Origin: an uncultured Ruminococcus sp.
GTDB lineage: Bacteria; Bacillota; Clostridia; Oscillospirales; CAG-272
Reading direction: 5' to 3'
Assembly (NCBI GenBank): GCA_964558485.1
Contig: CAZLED010000001.1
Span: forward strand, 26,491-90,490
Length of the DNA stretch: 64,000 nucleotides
How positions within the stretch are numbered: the first letter of the stretch is position 1; every line of letters starts with the position of its first letter. This document shows, piece after piece, positions 30,215-40,892 of this stretch. The translations under genes were made by a program, and so were the position numbers. Below the pieces are notes generated by a model, which saw nothing but the letters and a program-made list of their open reading frames with translations, was not told the origin of the DNA and did no database searches.

Positions 30215-31654
30215 ATGCATACCAAACGACTGCTTACGCTGCTGCTGGCGGCACTGCTTCTGACCGCCTGTGCAGGAGAAACCATCGAGACCATCGGTAC
30301 CGAGTCCACGACACCTGTGGAGACCACGCCGGAGACCACCTATATCGATACCCTTGGCAAAAAGGATTTTGGCGGCGCCACCTATACCTATGCCTTTTCC
30401 GGACGCAACAGCACGATCCCCATGCTCGACCCACACGTGGGTGAGCTGACCGGCGAGATCATGAACGATACGCTGTACAACCGGGACAAATGGATCGAAG
30501 AAGAGTACGGTGTATCCATCGAATATTTGGAGGATGGCGACATCCAAAGCAGCATCCGCAATGCGGTACAGGCCGGAGATGCCCTGTGCGATGTGGTGGT
30601 CGGCTCCCTGGCTGACGGCAAATCCGGACTGGGCGCTGTGGTGCAGCAGGGTGTGCTGTATAACCTGTTGGACGTGCCGCACCTGCAGCTGGACAAGGAA
30701 TGGTGGAGTCCGCTGATGTACGAGAATGTACAGTACAACGGCAAGATGTTCTTCACCTCCGGCGACATGGCACCCTTCTCCTACATTGGTCCGGCCTGCG
30801 TCTATATGAACCTGGATCTGGCGCTGAACTACCAGGTGGACGAAAACGAGATCTACGAGCTGGTGTATGACGGCGACTGGACCTTTGACGAGCTGTACAG
30901 CCGGTATAATGGTCTGGACAATGACCTGAACGGGGACGGCAAAATGCACTGCCTGGACGACTTCTACGGCATCGTCACGGAATACAACAACCTGACCTCC
31001 ACGCTGCTTTTGGTGGCAAACGATGTGAAGCTGTGCGAAACGGATGAAAGCGGAAAGCTTGCCATCCATCTGAACGATGAACGCACGGTGTCCGTTATTG
31101 ACAAAATGGCGAACTATTTCCAGAAGATCGAAAACAACGGCGACAACACCCTGCTGTTTGACGAGACCTTCAAGTTCGACCGGGCGCTGTTTGCGGTGCA
31201 TTATGTGGAATCGACCCTGCGCCGGTTCCGGGATATGGACAGCGACTACGTGATCCTGCCCATGCCGAAATACGACACCACCCAGGAAAGCTACGTGTGC
31301 TACATCAATCCGTGGGTACAAGCCTTTGTTTCCGTTCCGTTGGTGGTAGAGGACATCGAAAGAGCCGGGTTCATCACCGAGGTCATGGAATATAAGTCTG
31401 TCGAAATGGTGCGGCCGGCTGTGTATGACGTGACCCTGAAGGGCAAAGCGCTGCGGAACGAGGACAGCCTTGCCATGCTGGACATCGTGTTCGATACCAC
31501 ATATATCGACTTCAACGGCATCTACGAATTCGGCGGCCTGCTGGGTACGGTGAACGGTGCGATCTTCTACGATAGACCCTATGCCTCTGCCTATGCGGCT
31601 GCGGAAGAAAAGGCAAATACGGCGCTGGAAAAGTTCATGGAGATCTTTGCATAA
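30215..31654 (+). CDS. Lipoprotein, solute-binding protein family (paralog F)
   Basis: MHTKRLLTLLLAALLLTAC lipobox. MNDTLYNR, KEWWSPL, DLNGDGKMHCLDDFYG, YVILPMPKYDT, RNEDSLAMLDI. Confidence 0.8.
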   Translation: MHTKRLLTLLLAALLLTACAGETIETIGTESTTPVETTPETTYIDTLGKKDFGGATYTYAFSGRNSTIPMLDPHVGELTGEIMNDTLYNRDKWIEEEYGVSIEYLEDGDIQSSIRNAVQAGDALCDVVVGSLADGKSGLGAVVQQGVLYNLLDVPHLQLDKEWWSPLMYENVQYNGKMFFTSGDMAPFSYIGPACVYMNLDLALNYQVDENEIYELVYDGDWTFDELYSRYNGLDNDLNGDGKMHCLDDFYGIVTEYNNLTSTLLLVANDVKLCETDESGKLAIHLNDERTVSVIDKMANYFQKIENNGDNTLLFDETFKFDRALFAVHYVESTLRRFRDMDSDYVILPMPKYDTTQESYVCYINPWVQAFVSVPLVVEDIERAGFITEVMEYKSVEMVRPAVYDVTLKGKALRNEDSLAMLDIVFDTTYIDFNGIYEFGGLLGTVNGAIFYDRPYASAYAAAEEKANTALEKFMEIFA

Positions 31655-31730
31655 GAGAAACAGGGCTTATACAATTGTAGTACTTCTACATAAACGATAG
31701 AAAAATACGGCTGAAATTGTGGTAAAACCA

Positions 31731-31759
31731 TTGACAAATCCAGGAAACGGTGGTACAAT
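31731..31759 (+). promoter_or_regulatory. Promoter of the 378-aa anchored protein gene
   Basis: TTGACA (31731-31736), 17 nt spacer, TGg-TACAAT (31754-31759). Confidence 0.6.
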
Positions 31760-31800
31760 GTACCTATCCAAATTTATAAATTTCTTTGGAGGAAAACAAA

Positions 31801-32937
31801 ATGAAAAAGCTTTTGACACTGGCGCTGGCGACTGTGATGACCGTTGCCTGTGCGCTGGGTGCTTCTGCCGGTTGGTGTGACGAAGTGTTTGCCGACGTGG
31901 ATTTCTCCGCTTTGGCTACCTACGGTTCCGACGTGCTGGGCACCTACCAGATGCGTGGTTTTGCCACCGACCCCAACGGCAAGTACTACTTCGGTGGTAA
32001 CCTGCAGGGTGGTCCCACCATGTACAAGTTCAACACCAAGGGTGAAATGCTGGATTCCTATCAGTTCACCACCGATCCCGGCTCCTATGTGAAGGCCATC
32101 ACCTGTGACGACCGTGGCTACGTGTACAACGGTATTGCCAATGCCGCCAACAACGGTGCGTTCTTCTTCTCTATCTGCGACATGGAGACCCTGACCGAGC
32201 AGTCCTACGTGGAAGTGGCCATCGATGGGAAGATCGGTGTCAACGGTGTGGGCGTTGCCAATGTGGACGGCAAGTACATCCTGTCCCTGATCTGCAACTA
32301 CGACACCAACCGGATGTATTTCTTTGACGTGACCGACGTGAAGAAGCCCACCGAGATTAGCCATTTCGACCTGACCGAGGTTTGCGGCGTGGCCGAAGGC
32401 GGCAACTGCGCTATGGACTCCAAGGGCAATGTGTACTTTGCAGCGCTGAAGTACGACGGCAGCAAGGGTGACACGCTGATCAAGTGCGACATGAGCGGCA
32501 ACATTATCGAAGAACTGCGTCTGCCCGAGCCTTGGGGCGTGTCCGTGTTTGCGGATGAATACGTTGTGGTCGGCTGTCGGAACAAGACCGACTCCATGGT
32601 ATATGTAGTGGATACCGATACCATGACCACCGTTGGCGAATACCATCCCACCGATGCCATTGTGGACTCCGGTTTCTCCGGCGTGGGCATCATGAACGAC
32701 CGTATCTACGCCTGCGACCACTCCGGTTCCGATACCATTTATGTTTCCGAAGCTCTGCACATTCCTGCCAAGCCGGAACCGGTCGTAGAGACCGAAGCCG
32801 CTGCCGAAGTGGTGGATGCTGCTGCCGCTGAAACGACTGCTGTTGTAGCCGCTCCTCAGACCTTTGATGCTGGTGTGATCGCTGCTGTATGCGCCATCGT
32901 TTCCGCCGCCGGGTACGCTGTTTCCAAGAAGAGATAA
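31801..32937 (+). CDS. Secreted repeat protein (possibly beta-propeller) with A/E/T/V-rich stalk and C-terminal PQTFDAG-helix-SKKR anchor signal
   Basis: Signal peptide MKKLLTLALATVMTVACALGASA. Recurring G-x-(V/I/Y)Y strands (GKYYFGG, RGYVYNG, KGNVYFA, DRIYACD). C-terminus ...VAAPQTFDAGVIAAVCAIVSAAGYAVSKKR. Confidence 0.7.
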   Translation: MKKLLTLALATVMTVACALGASAGWCDEVFADVDFSALATYGSDVLGTYQMRGFATDPNGKYYFGGNLQGGPTMYKFNTKGEMLDSYQFTTDPGSYVKAITCDDRGYVYNGIANAANNGAFFFSICDMETLTEQSYVEVAIDGKIGVNGVGVANVDGKYILSLICNYDTNRMYFFDVTDVKKPTEISHFDLTEVCGVAEGGNCAMDSKGNVYFAALKYDGSKGDTLIKCDMSGNIIEELRLPEPWGVSVFADEYVVVGCRNKTDSMVYVVDTDTMTTVGEYHPTDAIVDSGFSGVGIMNDRIYACDHSGSDTIYVSEALHIPAKPEPVVETEAAAEVVDAAAAETTAVVAAPQTFDAGVIAAVCAIVSAAGYAVSKKR

Positions 32938-32955
32938 GCGAAAAACCAATATAAC

Positions 32956-32989
32956 AAAAAGCATGGTTACCAACGACCATGCTTTTTTT
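32956..32989. terminator. Bidirectional terminator between convergent genes
   Basis: AAAAAgcatggt-taccaacg-accatgcTTTTTTT. Confidence 0.7.
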
Positions 32990-33029
32990 GTTGCTATTTT
33001 GGATTCCTAACTTCTCATTCCTAATTTTC

Positions 33030-34160
33030 TTATATCTGCCAGAATGCCACATCGTTGGTGACAAAATATTCTCTGTCGGAAACCTTGAAGTTTTCCACAG
33101 GATAGTCCTTCGGCACCAGCGTGATATACGGGTGATCCACAGCATCGCCATCTACGCATTCCTTGTGCAGGGTACACCGGGCAAAGCGCAGGGTGTTTTT
33201 CGTCATGTAATCCCGGTAGTCGTCGAGATCAAAGCTGCCGCCGTTGTAGCCGGCCGTGGGATTGGGGAAGAACGGCTCGCCCTGGATCAGCATCTCCCGG
33301 AGTCGTGGCAGGGAAACGTAATCGCCGTTTTTGTCCGTCAGATACAGCCGGTAGGTGGGGTCGAACAGGATGCGGCTGCCGGAGGGAAGCAGGCAATCCA
33401 CCACCACGTGGCAGTCGTCGAAGGGCTCTTCGTAGGGCATACAGGTGACGTGCTGGGCTTTGATCTGGCTATAGCGCAGGAAGGATGCCAGCATCAGCGC
33501 CAGTCCCCGGCAGTTGATCTTCATGTCGTTGCGCTCGCAAAACCGGATCATGTCCGGGATCCCTCGGCCGCCGCCCATGCCACCGGAGCCGTTGTGGCCA
33601 AAATGGTCGCATACCAGATCCAGCAGCCGAAATGCGGTCTCGTCCGTGGGCTCTGTCCATGGGGTGACGTAGTCCTCATAATTGTATTTCACCAGCAGCG
33701 GCGGTACCTTCTTGCCCCGGGTCAGCTCTTCATGGGGCCATTCGTCGGTGTAGGGGAAGGCAGAATCCCGGTCGTAGGCGGCATAGCGCTTCAGCACATC
33801 GATGCGCTTTTCGTCTGTGCCGGGTACGTAGATCTTTGTGGGACGACAGACATAGGGCTCGTCCACCGGTGTGTGGGACTGGCGCAGGTAGGTGACCGGA
33901 GTCTCTTTGCCAAACTGGGTGTAGTAGCCCACTAAGGTGTCGGTGTCGGGATCGTGGCGCACATGGTAGACCATGCGGTAGTGCTCGTCGTTGATCTCGT
34001 AGCAGAAATAGCCGTCCTTTTCGTAGACGCAGTTGGGATCGAAGTTGTAGTAGCCGCTGGAGGTGAAGGTCATTTTCATCCGCAGCGGTTCTTCGTCAAA
34101 GATGTTCAGCGTTTCTCCCAGCGCTTCCTTGTACCAGGTGCCAACCAATTCTTTTTGCAT
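33030..34160 (-). CDS. Cytoplasmic transglutaminase-like cysteine protease superfamily protein
   Basis: NCRGLALMLASFLR (Cys), DCHVVVDCLL (His) and ILFDPTY (Asp) spacing fits a transglutaminase-core triad. AAAGGAGG RBS. No signal peptide. Confidence 0.5.
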   Translation of the reverse strand: MQKELVGTWYKEALGETLNIFDEEPLRMKMTFTSSGYYNFDPNCVYEKDGYFCYEINDEHYRMVYHVRHDPDTDTLVGYYTQFGKETPVTYLRQSHTPVDEPYVCRPTKIYVPGTDEKRIDVLKRYAAYDRDSAFPYTDEWPHEELTRGKKVPPLLVKYNYEDYVTPWTEPTDETAFRLLDLVCDHFGHNGSGGMGGGRGIPDMIRFCERNDMKINCRGLALMLASFLRYSQIKAQHVTCMPYEEPFDDCHVVVDCLLPSGSRILFDPTYRLYLTDKNGDYVSLPRLREMLIQGEPFFPNPTAGYNGGSFDLDDYRDYMTKNTLRFARCTLHKECVDGDAVDHPYITLVPKDYPVENFKVSDREYFVTNDVAFWQI

Positions 34161-34219
34161 AGGTATGCCTCCTTTGCGTATTTACTTTTTATGGTATCGG
34201 TCTGCTCGTGCAGTTTTTT

Positions 34220-34624
34220 TTATTTTTCCAGCAGCTTTGCCAGGGTCACGGAGGAAAGATAGTCTTCGATCATGGTGTCCAGGTTCTTCCACAGATCCAC
34301 CGTCAAGCATTTGCCGGCACGACTGCAGGTGGAGCCGTCGCATTCCGGACACGCCACCGGTGCAATGGAACCTTCGGCTGCCCGGACCACATCGGCTACG
34401 GTGCATTCCTCCGGCGCCTTTGCCAAACGATAGCCGCCCATTTTGCCCCGCTTGCTTTCCACCAGACCGGCCTTCCCCAGGCTGGCGACGATGGCTTCCA
34501 GATATTTCATGGATATTTCCTGCCGCTCTGCCACCTCTGCCAGAGATACATACTCCGTCTCCGACATTTGTGCAATGTCCAACAGGATCCGCAGGGCATA
34601 TCGTCCCTTTGTCGAAATCATCAT
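34220..34624 (-). CDS. Rrf2-family transcriptional regulator (IscR/CymR-like, Cys cluster present)
   Basis: MMISTKGRYALRILLDIA... winged HTH. VACPECDGSTCSRAGKC cysteine cluster. ATGA overlap with the upstream gene. Confidence 0.85.
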   Translation of the reverse strand: MMISTKGRYALRILLDIAQMSETEYVSLAEVAERQEISMKYLEAIVASLGKAGLVESKRGKMGGYRLAKAPEECTVADVVRAAEGSIAPVACPECDGSTCSRAGKCLTVDLWKNLDTMIEDYLSSVTLAKLLEK

Positions 34625-35859
34625 TGTTCTTTCTCCGTTTCTATGACCGGCTGTCCCAGACTGTCCACCCAGTGGTCCCCCAGCCAGATCAGCTTTTTGC
34701 CAAGGTCTGTGTCAAATATTTCCTGTCCCACATGGGTGGCGTAGGTCCTTCGTTCTGCGCTGGTGCAGAGCTTCTTTTGTGCGTTGTTGACCGTCTCCAT
34801 GTGTACGCCACTGCCTTCTTCCCAAAAGCGGATGGTGGGATCGTTTTCCGTGTAGTAGCCGCCGTTGGCAACATAATCGATGTGTCCGCAGTAGTCGCCC
34901 GGTCGTTCCTCGTAGGCATAGCGACCACCGCCCTCCAGCCGGAGCCACGCCGGGACTCTCTCAAAGCTGGTGTTGTATGCCATGATGCACTGCCGGGAGT
35001 CGTTTTTCCCAAATTTCCACAGGTTGGCGTTGGCTTCGTCCAGGCAGTTCAGCAGGGTCATGGGATGCACCACCACGCCAAAGGGGCAGGGATAGTTGTG
35101 AAAGGTATAGCCGTAGCGACCGAACAGTGCGGCGCATTTGTGCAGAAGCAGATGCTCACTGCCTACCGCAAAGCCCTGTCCAAAGCCCTCTGCCTGACAA
35201 AACTCCCACTTTTCTTCCCACATATTGTTGGAGCCATAGGTGCCCATGAACGCCACAAAGCCTTCCACCGGCAGCGGCTTCACGGTCTTCCCATAGTTGC
35301 CACGGGTGTCGCACAGGCATTTGCACCGGCGCAGTCCCATGGCACCCAGCAGTCGTCCGTCAAAGCAGATGATGTTCTTCTGGCTGTCCGGTACGGTCAC
35401 GTACAGGTCCTCGAACACATGGTGGTTCCAGTTGTGGGATGTTCCGGCAAAGATCGAGTAGCTGTCGCCGCAACTGCTGTTGCTGTCAGCTGGTGTGGGC
35501 AGGCTGTCGTAGCATTCCTTTGTCACGTGGATGCAGGTGGATTCCGTATGTACAGAGCCGGTGATCCAGAGGCCGATATGGGAAAAGGCATTGGTAGCGT
35601 CCGGGATCTGCACCGCTGCCCAGCCGGTAGGTGTTTTCTTCGGAAAGGCATCGATGTAGTAGTGCCCCGGCAGCAGGACGATATGCCGTCCCCGGATCTC
35701 TCCGTCCACCGGAACAGCGATCTGCTCCACGGCCGTCTGCAAGGTCACCTCATCGTGGGTACCGGCGCACACATAATCCGCGCCGGCTTTGTCTTCCTCA
35801 GTCGAATCGGCTGCCGCTATATATATTGTATCCGAAAATCGAGCCCTCTCTGATTGCAT
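34621..35859 (-). CDS. Hypothetical cytoplasmic protein (412 aa), possibly right-handed beta-helix fold
   Basis: GGAGGAG RBS before ATG 35857-35859. The N-terminal ADYVCAGTHDEVTLQTAVEQI resembles the start of pectate-lyase-like beta-helix proteins. No firm domain call. Confidence 0.6.
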   Translation of the reverse strand: MQSERARFSDTIYIAAADSTEEDKAGADYVCAGTHDEVTLQTAVEQIAVPVDGEIRGRHIVLLPGHYYIDAFPKKTPTGWAAVQIPDATNAFSHIGLWITGSVHTESTCIHVTKECYDSLPTPADSNSSCGDSYSIFAGTSHNWNHHVFEDLYVTVPDSQKNIICFDGRLLGAMGLRRCKCLCDTRGNYGKTVKPLPVEGFVAFMGTYGSNNMWEEKWEFCQAEGFGQGFAVGSEHLLLHKCAALFGRYGYTFHNYPCPFGVVVHPMTLLNCLDEANANLWKFGKNDSRQCIMAYNTSFERVPAWLRLEGGGRYAYEERPGDYCGHIDYVANGGYYTENDPTIRFWEEGSGVHMETVNNAQKKLCTSAERRTYATHVGQEIFDTDLGKKLIWLGDHWVDSLGQPVIETEKEQ

Positions 35860-36008
35860 ATCGTCTCCTCCATGGGTCAAAACTTGGTGTACCTGTATTA
35901 TACCATATATCCGGTAGGAATTCAATCCTTATGGGCAGATTTTTATTGGGGAAAAAACGATTATAAAATGTGTGCGAAAAATATGTCGGACAATTTTGCA
36001 AAATCCTA

Positions 36009-36037
36009 TTGACAAGATAGGAAATATATGTTATAAT
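36009..36037 (+). promoter_or_regulatory. Promoter of nifS-nifU, with TCCTAT/ATAGGA inverted repeat across the -35 (candidate Rrf2 site)
   Basis: TTGACA (36009-36014), 17 nt spacer, TGt-TATAAT (36032-36037). tcctattgacaagatagga palindrome. A second ATAGGAA lies near 36050. Confidence 0.6.
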
Positions 36038-36088
36038 ACCTACACGAGAGATAGGAATTAAAGACACCTTGCAAAAGGAGGATAACAT

Positions 36089-37255
<1,167 letters not shown>

Positions 37256-37279
37256 TATAGATAAGGAAGGAATATAGAT

Positions 37280-37738
37280 ATGGCAATTCAGTTTACGTCA
37301 AACAATCCCCTGTACAGCCCGGTGGTCATGGATCATTTTCTGCATCCACGGAATGTGGGAGAGATCGAAAATGCAGACGGTGTGGGCGAAGTGGGCAACG
37401 CCAAGTGCGGCGACATCATGAAAATTTACTTGAAGATCGACGACGGCATCGTGACGGATGTGAAGTTCAACACCTTTGGCTGTGGTTCTGCCATTGCATC
37501 CAGCAGCATGGCCACGGAGCTGATTAAGGGCAAGCCCATCGACGATGTGTTGACCCTGACCAACAAGGCGGTGGTGGAAGCCTTGGGTGGTCTGCCGGCC
37601 CACAAGATCCACTGCTCGGTGCTGGCAGAGGAAGCGGTGAAGGCGGCACTGCAGGACTACTACGACAAAAACGGCATCGCCTACGACCCGGCGCAGTTCA
37701 AGGAAGTCTCCTGCGAACATTGCTCGGCACACGAATAA
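37280..37738 (+). CDS. nifU: Fe-S cluster assembly scaffold NifU/IscU
   Basis: NAKCGDIMKIYL, FGCGSAIASSS and HCSVLAEEA provide the three conserved scaffold cysteines. Confidence 0.9.
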   Translation: MAIQFTSNNPLYSPVVMDHFLHPRNVGEIENADGVGEVGNAKCGDIMKIYLKIDDGIVTDVKFNTFGCGSAIASSSMATELIKGKPIDDVLTLTNKAVVEALGGLPAHKIHCSVLAEEAVKAALQDYYDKNGIAYDPAQFKEVSCEHCSAHE

Positions 37739-37863
37739 CAAATCAACAGGGACTGCTGTATGGCGGAAAGCGTTTTCCGGATACGGCAGTCCCTCTTTGT
37801 ATGGCATATGGCAGGTGTGCCAACTGCATACGCTATGGGTCGTGCCTGTTTGGTGAAAGTGTA

Positions 37864-37892
37864 TTGACTTGCGGTGGCAAATATGCTATACT
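37864..37892 (+). promoter_or_regulatory. Promoter of the 646-aa unknown gene
   Basis: TTGACT (37864-37869), 17 nt spacer, TGc-TATACT (37887-37892). Confidence 0.55.
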
Positions 37893-37928
37893 GTACAGGA
37901 GAAAACTATCGTGCAAAGGAGACATACC

Positions 37929-39869
37929 ATGTTATCGATCCCACTGATGAACCATACATCCACCGAAAGCACACGTCCTGTATACCTGTCCTGGCTGCGG
38001 AAAGCAGGGGCAGACAGGGTGTTTCTTTGTCCCGACAATCCCTACGGAGATACAAAACGGTTGGCAGAGATCCGGCGTACCCTTGCCGAAAACATCGCCT
38101 ACTATACCGAAAACGGATTGGAGGTCGGCGTGTGGATAGGCGGTCTGGGGCACGGCGGTATGCTGTCCCACGAGACGACCGCCCGTGTGGGAAGCTACAC
38201 ACGGATCCGTGGCCTGGGCAATGGTGGGGAAGCGGACGATTCCTTTTGCCCCCTGGATCCGGATTTTGTTGCCATGTACCGGAATTACATCCGTGTCTTA
38301 GCCGAAGCCGGTGCCAAAATGATCCAGATCGACGATGACCTGCGGATCGCCATGCATGGTCCGGTCGCCATTGGCTGTGCCTGTCCCCGGCATATGGACG
38401 AGCTGAACCGCCGTGCCAAAGAAGCCGGTCTTGCCAAGTGCGACTACACCCGAGAAGAGCTGGCGGCAGAGCTGTTCACCGGAAAGCCCACGCCTATCCG
38501 GCAGATCTGGCTGGAACTGCAAGGGGACACGCTGCAGGATTTTGCCGCTGCCCTGCGGACGGAGCTGGACACCATCGATCCCACCATTCGACTGGGGCAC
38601 TGTGCCTGCCTGTCTACCTGGGACACGGACGGCGTGGACTCCATCACACTTTCCCGGATCTTCGCCGGCAGCACAAGACCCTTCCTCCGGCTCATCGGCG
38701 CACCCTATTGGACGGACAACCACAGCTTTGGCACCACGGGACTGGGGTCCGTCATCGATCTGGAACGGATGCAGTTTGCCTGGTGTGCCGAGATGGCGCC
38801 GGATATCGAGCTCATGGGGGAAGGGGACGTGTATCCCAGACCCCGGTACAATGTGCCGTCTTCTTATGTGGAGTGCTTCCACCAGGTGCTTGTCGCCAAC
38901 GGAACGCCGGATATCCTGAAATATATGCTGGACTACACCTTCGATCCTGCCTACGAGACCGGATACATTTGCCGCCATGCCCACCTGCAGCCACTGCGGG
39001 ACCAAATCGCCGCTGCCTTCGGAGATACCGAACCGGCTGGCATTTACGTGTACGAGGCGATGCACAAGCTGGCAGACATGGACTGTTCGACGGTTGCCGG
39101 GGAAGGGGCGCTTTCCTATCGCCTGGTGCCCTATGCCGCCAACTTCACCGGTGCGCTGTCTCTGCCCATCAGCTTTACCCGATCTCCGTATACAAATGTA
39201 GCGATGGTCGTGGGGGAAAATGCCCGGACGGTACCGGCAGATGTGGTGGATATGCCGCTGGTGCTGGACGCTGTGGCGGCTGAGATCCTCATGGAGCGTG
39301 GCTTGGATGTAGGTCTGACGGATCTGGTACCGATGGACAAACCGGCAGCGGAGACCTTTCCGGCAGGTTTGGTCACGCCGACGCCGACCACACTGCCTGT
39401 GGATACAAGTGGCCGCTTCTTCCGGCTGACACCCAAGGATGGCGCCATGGTGTGCAGTACCTATGACACGGGTGCGCCGGCGGTGATCCGGTATGTGCGT
39501 CCAAGTGGGGCACCGGTGGTGGTGTACGCCTTTGGGATGGAGACCATTTCCTATGGCAGCACCATGATGAAAAGCTATTGTCGGCAGGCGCAGGTGTTCT
39601 CTCTGCTGCCCACGCTGCCCCTGACCATCCAAAAAGAGCCGGGTGCCTATGTGCTCGCCAGACGCAGCGGTGACAAGCTGGTGGTGGGCATCTGGAACTT
39701 TGGCAAGGATCTGCTGCTGCCGGAGGAGATCACGCTGGCTGGCAGCTACCACAAGATCACACCCATCGGGGACACAGACGCACGCCTGCTTTCCGCTACC
39801 GATAAAACGACCGTGCAGCTTGGGGACATGGTGCCGCCGTACACCTTTGCCGGATTTGTGGCAGAGTGA
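37929..39869 (+). CDS. Hypothetical protein (646 aa), possibly glycoside-hydrolase-like TIM barrel (GHL10/DUF187-like)
   Basis: AAGGAG RBS. FCPLDPDFVAMYRNYIRVLAEAGAKMIQIDDD resembles GHL-type barrels. Weak, motif-level call only. No signal peptide. Confidence 0.6.
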   Translation: MLSIPLMNHTSTESTRPVYLSWLRKAGADRVFLCPDNPYGDTKRLAEIRRTLAENIAYYTENGLEVGVWIGGLGHGGMLSHETTARVGSYTRIRGLGNGGEADDSFCPLDPDFVAMYRNYIRVLAEAGAKMIQIDDDLRIAMHGPVAIGCACPRHMDELNRRAKEAGLAKCDYTREELAAELFTGKPTPIRQIWLELQGDTLQDFAAALRTELDTIDPTIRLGHCACLSTWDTDGVDSITLSRIFAGSTRPFLRLIGAPYWTDNHSFGTTGLGSVIDLERMQFAWCAEMAPDIELMGEGDVYPRPRYNVPSSYVECFHQVLVANGTPDILKYMLDYTFDPAYETGYICRHAHLQPLRDQIAAAFGDTEPAGIYVYEAMHKLADMDCSTVAGEGALSYRLVPYAANFTGALSLPISFTRSPYTNVAMVVGENARTVPADVVDMPLVLDAVAAEILMERGLDVGLTDLVPMDKPAAETFPAGLVTPTPTTLPVDTSGRFFRLTPKDGAMVCSTYDTGAPAVIRYVRPSGAPVVVYAFGMETISYGSTMMKSYCRQAQVFSLLPTLPLTIQKEPGAYVLARRSGDKLVVGIWNFGKDLLLPEEITLAGSYHKITPIGDTDARLLSATDKTTVQLGDMVPPYTFAGFVAE

Positions 39870-39899
39870 GCGGTGTCCATGTCAAATCCGGCTTTTCCC

Positions 39900-39928
39900 T
39901 TGACAGACCTGCCGGAATGTGCTATAAT
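39900..39928 (+). promoter_or_regulatory. Promoter of the esterase gene
   Basis: TTGACA (39900-39905), 17 nt spacer, TGc-TATAAT (39923-39928). Confidence 0.6.
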
Positions 39929-40046
39929 CGATTTTGTACGTAAGTCAATGCTGAATCCGTGTTGACTTGGGTGTGGCTGTGGGAAGTGGACGCACGTTGC
40001 TCCTTCCTGTGGCCGGCCTGTTTCACGTTTGCATGGAGGTTTTTAT

Positions 40047-40865
40047 ATGCAGATCAAACGAATTTTTTTGGAAGAAAATAACCCCGATTGCTGGCTGGAT
40101 TGCTATATCGCCGATCCGGTCAATGGCTTTACCCGTTCTGCGATCCTGGTGATCCCCGGTGGCGGCTATGGCTGCGTCTGCTCCGACCGGGAAGGCGAAC
40201 CCATTGGGCTGGGCTTTCTGTCCCACGGCTACAATGCCTTTGTCCTGCACTACAATGTGGCACGCACCAAGGTCTATCCGGCCCAGCTGATCCAGGCGTC
40301 CTTGGCCATGGCGCACATCCGGGATCATGCGGACGAATATGGCATTGACCCGAATAAAGTTTTTGTCACGGGCTTTTCTGCTGGCGGCCATCTGGCTGGA
40401 TCCCTGGGTACCATGTGGCACCGGTCGTGCATTTACGACGCCACCGGTATGGAATATGGCAAGAACCGTCCGAACGGTATGATGCTGGTGTATCCGGTGG
40501 TCTCTGTGGACAAGACCTTTGCCCACCTGGGTTCCTTCCAGAATGTGCTGGGCAAGGACGATCCCACCGAAGAAGAGCTTGCCATGGTGAGCATCGATCT
40601 GGCTGTGGACGAAAAGTCGGTGCCGCTGTTCCTGGTGCATACCTCCAACGACCAGCTGGTGGATATCCGCAATGCACTGGTGCTGGGCGAAGCATATCGC
40701 AAGGCGGGCCTGACCTTTGAGATGCACATCTACCCGGATGCACCCCATGGGATCGCACTGGGCAACGACATCACCAGATGCGGCAACCCGAAATACAGCG
40801 ACCCGGCTATGGCACAGTGGATCAGCCACGCCGTATATTGGGCCTCCAAGCAAGGTCAGCAGTGA
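40047..40865 (+). CDS. Alpha/beta-hydrolase esterase (carbohydrate/acetyl esterase-like)
   Basis: VIPGGGY oxyanion region, GFSAGGHLA (GxSxG nucleophile), HTSNDQLVD (Asp), DAPHGIAL (His). GGAGG RBS before ATG 40047. Confidence 0.8.
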   Translation: MQIKRIFLEENNPDCWLDCYIADPVNGFTRSAILVIPGGGYGCVCSDREGEPIGLGFLSHGYNAFVLHYNVARTKVYPAQLIQASLAMAHIRDHADEYGIDPNKVFVTGFSAGGHLAGSLGTMWHRSCIYDATGMEYGKNRPNGMMLVYPVVSVDKTFAHLGSFQNVLGKDDPTEEELAMVSIDLAVDEKSVPLFLVHTSNDQLVDIRNALVLGEAYRKAGLTFEMHIYPDAPHGIALGNDITRCGNPKYSDPAMAQWISHAVYWASKQGQQ

Positions 40866-40892
40866 TCGTAAAGGGAAAAGAAGGATATAGCC

